A DNA stretch of 32,000 nt, from NCBI RefSeq assembly GCF_000940845.1, contig NZ_CP010341.1:1410001-1442000 (forward strand), in the 5' to 3' direction. The position numbers and the translations under genes are program-made. The notes beneath the pieces were generated by a model. It saw only the letters and a program-made list of their open reading frames with translations, was not told the DNA's origin and made no database searches. The number at the start of each line of letters is the position of its first letter. The stretch's first letter is position 1. This stretch comes from Propionibacterium freudenreichii subsp. freudenreichii. Lineage in GTDB: Bacteria; Actinomycetota; Actinomycetes; Propionibacteriales; Propionibacteriaceae. This document shows positions 10,213-19,441 of the stretch, in pieces.

Positions 10213-10255
10213 ACGGATCATGTTGTAGGAAACCTACAATCCGTGATGGTAGATT
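10213..10255 (+). promoter_or_regulatory. Interrupted palindrome plus -10-like box in front of the fab operon
   Basis: ACGGAT[CATG]TTGTAGG-AAA-CCTACAATCCGT spans 10213..10244: a perfect 7-bp core inverted repeat plus flanking ACGGA/TCCGT arms with a 4-nt bulge. TAGATT (10250..10255) follows. The element lies about 55-95 nt upstream of the fabD start in an otherwise GC-rich spacer. Confidence 0.5.
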
Positions 10256-10307
10256 TTCGTCGCGCCCAATGCCGGGTTCGAACGACACCGCAGAGGAAGA
10301 TGGTCAA

Positions 10308-11264
10308 GTGCTTGCAATCGTCGCGCCCGGTCAGGGCGCCCAGACGCCGGGTTTCCTGAACCCCTGGCTCGAGATCCCGGAGTTCGCCGAGGGCCTGTCC
10401 TCCCTGTCGGAGGCAACCGGCCTCGACCTGGTGGAGCTGGGCACCACGGCCGACGCCGAGGCCATCAAGGACACTGCGGTGGCCCAGCCCCTGCTGATGG
10501 GTGCCGGACTGTACGCCGGACTCGCCCTCAACACGGAGTCGGAGCACGGCGCCTTCGCGCTGGCCGACGTCGTGGCCGGACACAGCGTCGGGGAGATCAC
10601 GGCGGCCGCCGGCGTCGGAGTGTTGGATCATGCCCAGGCAGCCGTGTTCATCCGTGAGCGCGGCCGGGGCATGGCGGCCGCATCAGCAGCACATGCCACC
10701 GGCATGGCGGCAGTGATCGCCGGAAAGCCCGACGAGGTGCTGGCCGCGATCCGGGATGCGGGACTGACGGCGGCGAACTACAACGGACGGGGCCAGATCG
10801 TCGCCTCGGGATCGTTGGAGAACATTGCCAGGCTGCGCGCCAATCCCCCGGCTCGTGCCCGGGTGATCCCGCTCAAGGTCGCAGGAGCCTTCCACACCGA
10901 CTACATGGCCTCTGCCCAGCCGAAGCTCGCGGAGCTCGCGGACACGATGGTCACCCACGATCCGATCACGAGGCTGCTGTCCAATGCGGACGGAGCCGTG
11001 GTGGATTCGGGGCACGAATACCTGCGCCACCTCGTGCAGCAGGTCACCATTCCGGTGCGTTGGGACCTCTGCATGGCTACCATGCAGAGGATCGGCGTGA
11101 CCGGCCTGCTCGAACTCACACCAGCGAAGACGCTCACCGGTATTGCGAAACGCAACCTTCCCGGCGTCGCGTTGTTCAATCTCAATACGCCCGACCAACT
11201 GTCCGATGCGCTCACCTTCTGCCGCGAGCACGCCGGACGAGTACTTGAGCCCCAGGAGGCCTGA
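10308..11264 (+). CDS. fabD: Malonyl-CoA:ACP transacylase
   Basis: LAIVAPGQGAQTPG and the active-site block GHSVGEITAAA. I prefer the GTG at 10308 (GAGGAAG 8 nt upstream, typical FabD N-terminus). The ORF-track ATG at 10269 is the alternative. Confidence 0.9.
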   Translation: MLAIVAPGQGAQTPGFLNPWLEIPEFAEGLSSLSEATGLDLVELGTTADAEAIKDTAVAQPLLMGAGLYAGLALNTESEHGAFALADVVAGHSVGEITAAAGVGVLDHAQAAVFIRERGRGMAAASAAHATGMAAVIAGKPDEVLAAIRDAGLTAANYNGRGQIVASGSLENIARLRANPPARARVIPLKVAGAFHTDYMASAQPKLAELADTMVTHDPITRLLSNADGAVVDSGHEYLRHLVQQVTIPVRWDLCMATMQRIGVTGLLELTPAKTLTGIAKRNLPGVALFNLNTPDQLSDALTFCREHAGRVLEPQEA

Positions 11265-11267
11265 GGG

Positions 11268-12272
11268 ATGACCACTCTGAAAACTTCTACCGGCGCGCAG
11301 TATGCCCGGATTCTGGGCACCGGTTCGCACCGTGGCTCCCGGGTGGTGACCAACGAAGAGATGTGCACCATGATCGATTCCACCCCGGAATGGATCGAGC
11401 AGCGCACCGGAATCCGCGAGCGCCGCTGGGCCACCAAGGACGAGACGGTGCTGTCCATGGCCACCGACGCCGGCCGCAAGGCCCTTGACATGGCCGGGGT
11501 GAAGCCCGAACAGGTGGGCGCCATCATCGTGTCGACCGTGTCGCACCACATTCCCTCGCCGGGGTTGTCGGACTACCTTGCCGAAGAGCTGGGCTGCCCT
11601 GCTCCCGCGACCTTCGACATCTCCGCCGCCTGCGCCGGATTCTGCTACGCCCTGACGCTGGCCGAATCCATCGTGCGCGCCGGCCATGCCGGCAAGGACG
11701 GCTTCGTGCTGATCGTCGGCGTCGAGCGCCTCAGCGATATGACGAACATGGACGACCGCGGCACCGCCTTCCTGTTCGGCGATGGCGCCGGTGCCGCCGT
11801 GGTGGGACCCTCCGACACGCCTGCCATCGGGCCGGCCGTGTGGGGCTCCAAGCCGGCGAACGTGAAGACCATCGAGATCCAGTCGTGGACCGAGGCGGAC
11901 AAGAACCCGACCGGTTTCCCCCTGATCCAGATGGATGGGCACACCGTGTTCAAGTGGGCGCTGTCGGAGGTTGCCGACCATGCCGCCGAGGCGATCGACG
12001 CGGCGGGCATCACCCCCGAACAGCTCGACATCTTCCTGCCCCACCAGGCAAACGACCGCATCACCGATGCGATCATCCGTCACCTGCACCTGCCCGACAG
12101 CGTGTCGGTGTGCCGCGACATCGCCGAGATGGGCAACACCTCTGGGGCGTCGATTCCGATTGCCATGGATGCGATGATCCGCGAAGGCCGGGCCAAGAGC
12201 GGCCAGACCGCCCTGATCATCGGTTTCGGCGCGGGTCTTGTCTACGCCGGCCAGGTAGTCGTTCTACCCTGA
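11268..12272 (+). CDS. fabH: 3-oxoacyl-ACP synthase III
   Basis: The Cys-His-Asn triad contexts are present: [22 protein letters not shown] and GNTSGASIP. The start is 3 nt after the fabD stop. Confidence 0.93.
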   Translation: MTTLKTSTGAQYARILGTGSHRGSRVVTNEEMCTMIDSTPEWIEQRTGIRERRWATKDETVLSMATDAGRKALDMAGVKPEQVGAIIVSTVSHHIPSPGLSDYLAEELGCPAPATFDISAACAGFCYALTLAESIVRAGHAGKDGFVLIVGVERLSDMTNMDDRGTAFLFGDGAGAAVVGPSDTPAIGPAVWGSKPANVKTIEIQSWTEADKNPTGFPLIQMDGHTVFKWALSEVADHAAEAIDAAGITPEQLDIFLPHQANDRITDAIIRHLHLPDSVSVCRDIAEMGNTSGASIPIAMDAMIREGRAKSGQTALIIGFGAGLVYAGQVVVLP

Positions 12273-12333
12273 CTCAAAGCCCGGATCCGATTCCGGACTC
12301 CTATCCCAAGTAACTCACCAGAAAGGCGCCACC

Positions 12334-12585
12334 ATGGCCACCAATCAGGAAATTCTCAGCAAGATCGCCGAAATCGTCAACGACGTTGCCGGTGTTCCCG
12401 TGGAGGACGTGAAGCCCGAGAAGAGCTTCGTCGATGACCTTGACATCGACTCGTTGTCGATGGTCGAGATCGTCTACTCCCTGCAGGAGGCGTTCAGCGT
12501 CGATATCCCCGACGACGACGTCAAGAGCCTGCGCACCGTGCAGGACGCCGTCGACTACATCGAAAAGGCACAAAAGAAGGCCTGA
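12334..12585 (+). CDS. acpP: Acyl carrier protein
   Basis: 83 aa with the phosphopantetheine attachment motif DDLDIDSLSMVEIV. Confidence 0.93.
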   Translation: MATNQEILSKIAEIVNDVAGVPVEDVKPEKSFVDDLDIDSLSMVEIVYSLQEAFSVDIPDDDVKSLRTVQDAVDYIEKAQKKA

Positions 12586-12636
12586 GCCCCCGCTCGGGAC
12601 CAATTCTTCGATGCCATTCCACTGGAGGAAATCTGC

Positions 12637-13896
12637 ATGACCACTGTTGTCATCACCGGGCTGGGTGCCCTCACACCTCTCGGTAACGACGTGGCGACCA
12701 CTTGGCAAGGACTGCGCGAAGGGCGCAGTGGAATCGGCGTCATCGACGAGGATTGGGCCTCCGAGCTCCCCGTTCACATCGCCGGTTCGTCCCTGGTGGA
12801 TGTCACCTCGCACCTGAGCCACGTCGAGATCCGGCGCATGGACCGATCGAGCCAGCTGGCCGTCATCGCCGCCCAGCAGGCGTGGGAGGACGCGGGATTC
12901 ACCTTCGCCCCCCAGAACGAGACGGATCCCGAGCGCGTCGGCGTGGCCGTGGGCACCGGTATCGGCGGCCTGGAGACCACCGTGTCGCAATGGGACCTCG
13001 TGCGCGACGGGAAGCGGCGCAGGGTGAGCCCCTTTGCCGTACCGGCACTCATGCCGAATGCCTCCGCCGCGAACTGCGGACTGCGGATCGGCGCCAAGGC
13101 CGCCGTGCATGCCACGGTCTCGGCCTGTGCGTCAAGCAATGAGGCGATCTCGCTGGGCATCGACATGATCCGGCTGGGACGCACCGACATCGTGCTCGCC
13201 GGCGGTGACGAGGCCGTGGTGCATCCGCTGACCATGGTGGCCTTCTCGCAGATGCAGGCGCTGTCGAAGCGCAACGACGAGCCCCAGCGTGCCTCACGGC
13301 CCTGGGACCGCAACCGCGATGGCTTCGTGCTCTCGGAGGGTGCGGTGATGCTCGTGCTCGAGTCGCTCGAATCGGCAACGGCGCGCGGGGCCAGGATCTA
13401 CGGAACGCTGGCCGGATCGGGCATCAGCGCCGACTCCTACGACATGGTGAAGCCCGAGCCCAGCGGCGCGGGACAGATGGCGGCCATGCGCAAGGCCCTG
13501 GTGGATGCCGACCTCACGCCGGCCGATATCTGCCATATCAACGCGCACGCGACCTCCACCCAGGCCGGGGACACCACCGAGGCGCACGGGATTCGTTCCC
13601 TGCTCGGTGACGACGCCGACCATGTGGTGGTCACCAGCACCAAGTCGATGACCGGGCACCTGCTCGGCGCCGCCGGGGCGTTGGAGACGATGGCCACGGT
13701 GCTGGCACTGCGTGACCGGGTGTCGCCGCCGACGATCAACCTCGATGATCCGGAGGACGATCTGCGCATCGACATCGCCGCCAACACGGCCCGTCCGCTG
13801 CCCGCCAGCGGCCGGCTGGCCGCGCTGAACAATTCGTTCGGCTTCGGTGGGCACAATGTGGCCGTCGCCGTGACCAATGACAATGTGACCCAGTAA
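12637..13896 (+). CDS. fabF: 3-oxoacyl-ACP synthase II (KAS II / KasA-like)
   Basis: GGAGGA lies upstream of the ATG. Active-site contexts are VSACASSNEA (Cys), INAHATSTQAGD (His) and NSFGFGGHNVAV (His). Confidence 0.93.
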   Translation: MTTVVITGLGALTPLGNDVATTWQGLREGRSGIGVIDEDWASELPVHIAGSSLVDVTSHLSHVEIRRMDRSSQLAVIAAQQAWEDAGFTFAPQNETDPERVGVAVGTGIGGLETTVSQWDLVRDGKRRRVSPFAVPALMPNASAANCGLRIGAKAAVHATVSACASSNEAISLGIDMIRLGRTDIVLAGGDEAVVHPLTMVAFSQMQALSKRNDEPQRASRPWDRNRDGFVLSEGAVMLVLESLESATARGARIYGTLAGSGISADSYDMVKPEPSGAGQMAAMRKALVDADLTPADICHINAHATSTQAGDTTEAHGIRSLLGDDADHVVVTSTKSMTGHLLGAAGALETMATVLALRDRVSPPTINLDDPEDDLRIDIAANTARPLPASGRLAALNNSFGFGGHNVAVAVTNDNVTQ

Positions 13897-13939
13897 CCCG
13901 GTGGTGGGCCCCCCCACGTGGTGGGGCCGCATTCATCAG

Positions 13940-13987
13940 GAAGCGCCGGGGTGGTGCGATCGACTGATCGCACCACCCCGGCGCTTC
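13940..13987. terminator. Bidirectional terminator candidate (perfect 22-bp stem, 4-nt loop) between convergent fabF and DUF3145
   Basis: GAAGCGCCGGGGTGGTGCGATC-GACT-GATCGCACCACCCCGGCGCTTC, with every position checked as complementary. Confidence 0.65.
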
Positions 13988-13995
13988 TGTTGCCT

Positions 13996-14043
13996 TGCTG
14001 TTCACCCCGCCTGCTGTTCACCCGGTCTGCGGTTCACCCCGTG
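13996..14043. repeat. Three tandem 16-bp direct repeats
   Basis: The units are TGCTGTTCACCCCGCC, TGCTGTTCACCCGGTC and TGCGGTTCACCCCGTG, head to tail. They lie between the hairpin and the DUF3145 stop codon. Confidence 0.8.
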
Positions 14044-14079
14044 CGCCAACCGCACGGCCACCCGCGACGGGCGGACCGC

Positions 14080-14574
14080 TCAGACGGCGCGGGTCAACCA
14101 GCGCACCGGTGCGTCCTCGCTGGCGTGGCGGAAGACGTCGAGTTCCTCGTCCCAGGCGGTTCCCAGCAGGTCGTCAAGCGATGCCCGCAGGTCGTGGCCG
14201 GGGCTGCGGTCTGCCAGCGCGTCCCGCAGCCGGTTCTCCGCGACCTGGATGTTCCCGGCCGCATCGGTACCGGTGTGGAAGATGCCCAGGGAGGGCGTGA
14301 ACGCATAGCGCTCCCCCATATCGGGGTTGGCGTCCTGGGTCACTTCGAAGCGAAGCTCACGACACCTCAACAACGCCGAGACGATCTGGGCACACGCGCC
14401 CTCGGGCGCCTGCCAGATCAGCTCGGTGCGCATGGTTCCGGGCTGCGCGGGCTGGCGCGTCCAGTCGGGACTGATGCGGTGGCCCAGCACCGCCCCGATC
14501 GCCCACTCAATATGTGGGCACAACGCACCCACCGCGGAGTGGATGAAGATCACGCCGCGTGTCTGGTTTCCCAT
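14080..14574 (-). CDS. DUF3145-like conserved actinobacterial protein
   Basis: 164 aa, MGNQTRGVIFIHSAVGALCPHIEWAIGAVLG.., with GAGGAG 6 nt upstream of the ATG. Its position just after fabF matches the conserved Streptomyces-type neighbourhood. The family name is from memory. Confidence 0.75.
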   Translation of the reverse strand: MGNQTRGVIFIHSAVGALCPHIEWAIGAVLGHRISPDWTRQPAQPGTMRTELIWQAPEGACAQIVSALLRCRELRFEVTQDANPDMGERYAFTPSLGIFHTGTDAAGNIQVAENRLRDALADRSPGHDLRASLDDLLGTAWDEELDVFRHASEDAPVRWLTRAV

Positions 14575-14724
14575 GCCGGCTCCTCTCGTCGCTCAGGTGT
14601 GCCTTCCCCAGCAGCCTGCAGACGATGCCTGACATGGTTTTTCGGTTCTTCCCAGATTGTGCCCCACCGGGCAGCCAGTTGCCAGTTCGCTCCCGGCGCA
14701 GATGGCCTCGCTAGGGTTGCGATC

Positions 14725-16704
14725 ATGACCACTGCGCCGCAACACCAGGGACCGACCGTTGCCGACTACGGAGCCTGGAGCTCTCCCCTGACTCCGGCCG
14801 AGACCGTGGCGGCCGGCGTCACGCTGCGCGAATTCGGCTCCGACGGCGACGACCTGTACTGGCTGGAGTCCGCGTCCGATGACGTGGCCCGCCTCAGCCT
14901 GCTGCGCAGCCGCGACGGGCAGATCGTCGAGATCACCGCCGCTCCGATGAATGTGCGCACCCGGGTCTACGAGTACGGGGGTGGCTCCTGGGGAGCACGT
15001 CAGGGCACCGTGGCCTGGAGTGACGACACGAGTGGCCAGGTGATGGCCACCAGCCTGGGCGGTCTCACGATGGCCATCACGCCGGTTGATCCGAACTACC
15101 GCTACGCCGCCTTCGTGCCGGTGCCCGAACACGAGTGCATCGTGTGTGTCCGCGAGGACCATTCGGCACCCGGCGAGCCCATCCTGACCATTGCCGCCCT
15201 GGCCTGGCCCACGGACGACGTGGTGCCCCATGCCGGCACGGTGCTGGTCGAGGGCGCCGATTTCTATGCGGACCCCACCGTCAACGAGGACGGTTCCATC
15301 GCCTGGATCGAATGGAACCAACCGGCGATGGCCTGGGATGCCAGCGCCCTGCGTGCCGGCACCCTGGTTTCCATTCCCGAGCTCGCCGTCATGCATGTGC
15401 ACACGGTGTTCGATGGGCAGCATGATCCCGGCAGCCCCGTGTCGATCCAGCATCCCAAGTGGGCCTCCGACGGGCGGCTGCTGTTCATGAGCGATGCCGC
15501 GGGCTACTGGAACCTCCACATGTGGACGCCCACCCGCGGCATCCGCCAGCTGGTGGACGAGGCGGCCGACGGGGACCTTCCCATGTGGCAGCAGGGTCGT
15601 TCCGCCTTCGCCCTGTCGGGGGGCTGGATCTATTACGCATCGTGGGATGCCGGCATCTGTTCGTTGAGCCGGGTGCCGGCCCACGGTGGGGCCAGCGAGG
15701 CCCTCACGAGCGTCTCGGACGTGGATGGACTGGCGAGCGTTGGGGGAACCGCATACGCCCTGGTGACGCGACCCAATGCACCTGCCGCGGTGGTCAGCAT
15801 CGGTGCGGAGGGCATGCGCATTGAGCACAGTCCCGGGGTGCTCCCGGATCCGAAGATCACCTCCGTGGCACATTCCCTGACCTTCGAGGGAAAGCACGGT
15901 CAGGTGCAGAGCTGGTTCTTCGAGCCGCACAATGAGGACTTCGTGGCGCCGGCCGGGCCGCTGCCTCCGGTGATCCTCACCGTGCACGGCGGCCCCACCG
16001 GGGTGGCCACCGACGAATATGACCCGCAGGTGCAGTTCTGGACCTCACGCGGCTTCGGCGTGCTGTCGGTGAACTATTCGGGATCGGCCGGCTTCGGTCG
16101 GGCATATCGGGAGCGTCTGCGCGGGCAGTGGGGAATCGCCGATGTCGATGACTGCATCGATGCCGCCGAGAGCCTGCTGAGCGCCGACCTGGCCGATCAG
16201 TCCAAGATCGCGATCATGGGCGGCAGCGCGGGTGGCTTCACCGTCCTCGCGGCCCTCACCCGCTCGTCGGTCTTCTCAGCCGGCATCTGCCGCTACGGGA
16301 TCGCCGACCTGGTGGCGATGCAGGAGGGCGGCACCCACAAGTTCGAGGCCACCTACAACGACGGGCTGCTGGGACCGTGGCCACAGGCCCGCAAGGTCTA
16401 TGAGGAACGCTCGCCCATTCACCACCTGGACCAGCTGCACGCGCCGATGCTCATCCTGCAGGGCCTGGACGACGCCGTCGTGCCCCCACAGCAGGCCGAC
16501 GAGCTCGCCGCTGCCCTGCGCCAGCGCTCGCTGCCCGTATCGGTGGTCATGTTCGCCGGGGAGGGCCATGGCTTCAGGATGCCCGCAACCAGGACCCGGG
16601 TGCTGAATGACTCCCTGAGCTTCCTGTCGCAGCTGTTCGGTTTTCGTCCGGCCGGCACGGTGGAGGCGCTCACCATCGAGAACCTGCCCGGCGCGGCCCA
16701 CTGA
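14725..16704 (+). CDS. S9 family serine peptidase (prolyl oligopeptidase / acylaminoacyl-peptidase type)
   Basis: This is the C-terminal 659 aa of ORF 13918..16704. It has a beta-propeller-like N-terminal half, then the nucleophile elbow IMGGSAGGF, the Asp context QGLDDAVVP and the His context GEGHGF. I place the start at the ATG at 14725 because the upstream ORF extension overlaps DUF3145 on the other strand. Confidence 0.88.
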   Translation: MTTAPQHQGPTVADYGAWSSPLTPAETVAAGVTLREFGSDGDDLYWLESASDDVARLSLLRSRDGQIVEITAAPMNVRTRVYEYGGGSWGARQGTVAWSDDTSGQVMATSLGGLTMAITPVDPNYRYAAFVPVPEHECIVCVREDHSAPGEPILTIAALAWPTDDVVPHAGTVLVEGADFYADPTVNEDGSIAWIEWNQPAMAWDASALRAGTLVSIPELAVMHVHTVFDGQHDPGSPVSIQHPKWASDGRLLFMSDAAGYWNLHMWTPTRGIRQLVDEAADGDLPMWQQGRSAFALSGGWIYYASWDAGICSLSRVPAHGGASEALTSVSDVDGLASVGGTAYALVTRPNAPAAVVSIGAEGMRIEHSPGVLPDPKITSVAHSLTFEGKHGQVQSWFFEPHNEDFVAPAGPLPPVILTVHGGPTGVATDEYDPQVQFWTSRGFGVLSVNYSGSAGFGRAYRERLRGQWGIADVDDCIDAAESLLSADLADQSKIAIMGGSAGGFTVLAALTRSSVFSAGICRYGIADLVAMQEGGTHKFEATYNDGLLGPWPQARKVYEERSPIHHLDQLHAPMLILQGLDDAVVPPQQADELAAALRQRSLPVSVVMFAGEGHGFRMPATRTRVLNDSLSFLSQLFGFRPAGTVEALTIENLPGAAH

Positions 16705-16723
16705 CCAGCCGTCCGCGGAGGTT

Positions 16724-16743
16724 CCCGGGCCACAGCGCCCGGG
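16724..16743. terminator. Small hairpin between the convergent S9 peptidase and yggS genes
   Basis: CCCGGGC-CACAGC-GCCCGGG, a perfect 7-bp stem inside the 48-nt convergent spacer. Confidence 0.4.
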
Positions 16744-16752
16744 CCCGGCTGC

Positions 16753-17505
16753 TCAGGCCGGGGTGCCGTAGTCGCGCGGACCGAACAGGGCCGTACCCAC
16801 CCGCACGGTGGTGGCGCCATGCTCAATGGCCAACGGATAGTCGCCACTCATCCCCATGGACAGCTCGGCCCAGTCGGAGCCGAGCACCCCGTCGTCGCGC
16901 AGTCGTGACTGCAGGGCGACCAGGCGGTCGAAGCATGCCGCGACCCGTTCCCGGTCGGGGCTGTTCACCGCCACCGTCATGAGCCCCGCCACGGTGAGGG
17001 CATCGAAGTCAGCAAGCGCCCGGCAGAAGTCCTGGGCATCGTCGACGTCGATCCCGTGCTTGGCGGCCTCCCCCGAGGTATTCACCTCGACGAGGACCCT
17101 CAGGCCCCTGCCCAGGGTGTTCAGGCGTCGGTCAAGGCGCCCTGCCAGCTTCAGCGAATCCAGCGCCTGGAACTCGTCGATGAGCCCGGCCACCGCGTTG
17201 ACCTTGTTCGACTGGAGGTGCCCGATGAGGGCAAAGCCGAAATCGTCGTCAGGGCGCAATTCATCGGTCTTCGCGACGATCTCCTGCACATGGTTCTCGC
17301 CGAATAACCGATGCGGGACATGCCCGGCCTGGCGCTCCAGCGCGCCGTTCACCTGCCGGACCGCCTCGATCGGATGTGTCTTGCTCACCGGGAGCAGCCG
17401 CACCCGGGCGGGGTCACGCCCCGCCCGTTCGCAGGCGTCGGTCACCCCGGCGAGTACTCCGCGAACGCGCTCGTCGACACCAATGCTGTGTTCGTTGTCC
17501 ATCAT
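16753..17505 (-). CDS. yggS: YggS-family pyridoxal-phosphate-binding protein (PLP homeostasis protein)
   Basis: The PLP-lysine context is LLPVSKTHP, with GHLQSNK and ELSMGMSGDYPLAIEHGATTVRVGTALFG. Candidate starts are GTG 17511, ATG 17505 and ATG 17502, and all overlap the upstream VWA stop at 17502..17504. Confidence 0.88.
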   Translation of the reverse strand: MMDNEHSIGVDERVRGVLAGVTDACERAGRDPARVRLLPVSKTHPIEAVRQVNGALERQAGHVPHRLFGENHVQEIVAKTDELRPDDDFGFALIGHLQSNKVNAVAGLIDEFQALDSLKLAGRLDRRLNTLGRGLRVLVEVNTSGEAAKHGIDVDDAQDFCRALADFDALTVAGLMTVAVNSPDRERVAACFDRLVALQSRLRDDGVLGSDWAELSMGMSGDYPLAIEHGATTVRVGTALFGPRDYGTPA

Positions 17506-18467
17506 GGCCACCTCGCTGCCTGTGATATCACGCCCACCGCGGCCAGCACCGCGAAGATCAGCGCAATCCCTGCGAACCGGTCGGTCACCTCGTGGTACTC
17601 CTCGACGTAGCCGATCTGGCGGGAAATGGTCTGGTAGACCGCCTGGAGGTTCTTCATACTGTCAGCCGAATACTTCTTGCCGCCCGACAGCTTCGCCACC
17701 TGCGACAGTTCGGCGTGGTTCACCGCCACCGTCTGGCGTTGCCCGTTCTCCACGACATAGCCCGTCGAGGTGCCGTAGGCGATGGTGTAGATCGGCACGT
17801 TCTTCTTCTTGGCCTCCGTGGCGGCGTCGGCGGAGTCGCGTCCCATATTGGTGGCGCCGTCCGACAGCAGGACGATCGCACCCGGCGCCGGATCGTCGGG
17901 ATGGTCGGGATCCTGGGGCGCGAGCTTCTCCAGCACGTCCAGGGACGTGTAGATGCCCTCACCGATGGCCGTCGAGGGGGCGAGCTGGATCGCATCGATG
18001 GCGGCCTTGAGCTGGGTGCGATCGGTGGTCGGGGGCATCTTGACATTGGCGGTGCCGGCGAAGGTCACCAGCGCCACGTTGAAGGCCGAGGGCAGCGAAT
18101 CCACGAAGTCCTTGGCCCCCGACTTGGCGGCATCGAGCCTGTTCGGGGTGACGTCGGTGGCCTCCATCGAGCGCGACACGTCAATGGTGACCACGATGGT
18201 CGCCCGCTCCCGGGGGACCTGCGTCATCGCCTGCGGACGGGCATAGGCCACCACCAGGGAGGCGAGGGACAACACCGAGGCCAGCACCGACAGGTGGCGC
18301 TTCAGCGCCGCGTCACGCGGCAGCACCCTGCGCAGGATCGAGTTGGTACTGCCACCGGAGGTGGCGCGGCGACGGGCCGCGAGCACCAGGTACAGCAGGG
18401 CGATCGCCACCGGAACGGCGAGCCACCACAGCCGGTCGGGGTTCATGAAGCTCATCAAGGGTGTCAT
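17502..18467 (-). CDS. VWA domain membrane protein (BatA/BatB-like), distal copy
   Basis: N-terminal TM (LWWLAVPVAIALLYLVLA), MIDAS motif DVSRSMEATD, C-terminal TM and an ..AARWP end. The ATG at 18467 overlaps the upstream stop (TGATG). Confidence 0.85.
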   Translation of the reverse strand: MTPLMSFMNPDRLWWLAVPVAIALLYLVLAARRRATSGGSTNSILRRVLPRDAALKRHLSVLASVLSLASLVVAYARPQAMTQVPRERATIVVTIDVSRSMEATDVTPNRLDAAKSGAKDFVDSLPSAFNVALVTFAGTANVKMPPTTDRTQLKAAIDAIQLAPSTAIGEGIYTSLDVLEKLAPQDPDHPDDPAPGAIVLLSDGATNMGRDSADAATEAKKKNVPIYTIAYGTSTGYVVENGQRQTVAVNHAELSQVAKLSGGKKYSADSMKNLQAVYQTISRQIGYVEEYHEVTDRFAGIALIFAVLAAVGVISQAARWP

Positions 18468-19441
18468 CACGGCCACCTGGTTGCCATTGAGACGGCGCCC
18501 AGGGCCGCCACCACGCCGAATGCCAGGGAGTAGAGCGCCCACTGGGCGGTGACCTCCGTGTGGGCCGTCTCATAGCCGACGTCGGAGGTCAGGGTCTTGT
18601 ACACATCGTCCAGCTGCGAGGCGCTCGCGGCGTCCAGGGCCTTGCCTGAACTCGCGTCGGCGATCCTCTTCAACATGTCGGTGTCGGGGGCCACGTTGAA
18701 GCGCTGGCCATCAAGGTCGACATAGCCGTTCTGGGTGCCGAACGCGATGGTGTAGATCGGCACATTCTGCTGCTTGGCCTTGTCGGCCGAGGCCACCGGG
18801 TCGCCGCCACCGGTCTCGCTGCCGTCGGACAGGAGCACCATCAGGCCGGGGGCCTGCTTGCCGTCGTCACCGGCGGGCGCCTGCTTCAGGGCCTCCAGGC
18901 CCACGTCGATGGACGATGCGATCGCCGTGCCGTCGGCCAGCTCAAGGGTCTTGATGCCCTGGTTCACCGGCGCCCGGTCGGTGGTGGGCGGCACCAGGGT
19001 GTTCGGATGGCCGGACAGGGTGACCACGGAGACGTTGTACTGCGCCGGCAGGGCGGCCACGAACTTCGTCGCGGCATCCTTCTCGGCGGCCAGGCGCGAC
19101 GGGCTGACGTCAGTGGCCATCATCGATTGGGAGATGTCGAGCACGAGCACGATGGTGGCGCGTTCGCGGGGCACCTTGACGTCGCCCACCGGCACCGCCC
19201 AGGCCCCCGTGATCGCAGCCAGCGAGCACAGCGCCATGGCGACGGCGACATGTCGGCGCCACTGACGCCGGTTCGGCACGACGGCACCCACGATGCCGGT
19301 ATTCGTGTAGCGGATGCCGCGTCGCTTGCGCAGTTGCAGCACGACGATGTAGGCGATGACGAGCAGCGGGATCACCACCAGGGCCCAGAGCCGGGCCGGC
19401 TGCTCGAACTGCCACCACAAGAACTTCGTCACATTGTCCAT
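18467..19441 (-). CDS. VWA domain membrane protein (BatA/BatB-like), proximal copy
   Basis: This is the C-terminal 324 aa of ORF 18467..20161. It has an N-terminal TM (LWALVVIPLLVIAYIVVL), MIDAS motif DISQSMMATD, a C-terminal TM and an ..ATRWP end. The ATG at 19441 overlaps the DUF58 stop (TGATG). The longer ORF prefix overlaps DUF58 out of frame. Confidence 0.85.
   Translation of the reverse strand: MDNVTKFLWWQFEQPARLWALVVIPLLVIAYIVVLQLRKRRGIRYTNTGIVGAVVPNRRQWRRHVAVAMALCSLAAITGAWAVPVGDVKVPRERATIVLVLDISQSMMATDVSPSRLAAEKDAATKFVAALPAQYNVSVVTLSGHPNTLVPPTTDRAPVNQGIKTLELADGTAIASSIDVGLEALKQAPAGDDGKQAPGLMVLLSDGSETGGGDPVASADKAKQQNVPIYTIAFGTQNGYVDLDGQRFNVAPDTDMLKRIADASSGKALDAASASQLDDVYKTLTSDVGYETAHTEVTAQWALYSLAFGVVAALGAVSMATRWP

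Noticed and set aside
10683-12089. 468-aa minus-strand ORF (and 10901..11551 and 11645..12076)
   Set aside because: It is antisense to fabD and fabH, both of which carry intact catalytic motifs. This is a shadow ORF.
13918-14724. N-terminal extension of about 270 aa on the 928-aa ORF 13918..16704
   Set aside because: The extension overlaps the DUF3145 gene on the opposite strand and runs through the terminator hairpin and the tandem repeats. Peptidase-like sequence begins only after the ATG at 14725.
14593-15987. 464-aa minus-strand ORF
   Set aside because: It is antisense to the S9 peptidase, and its composition is implausible.
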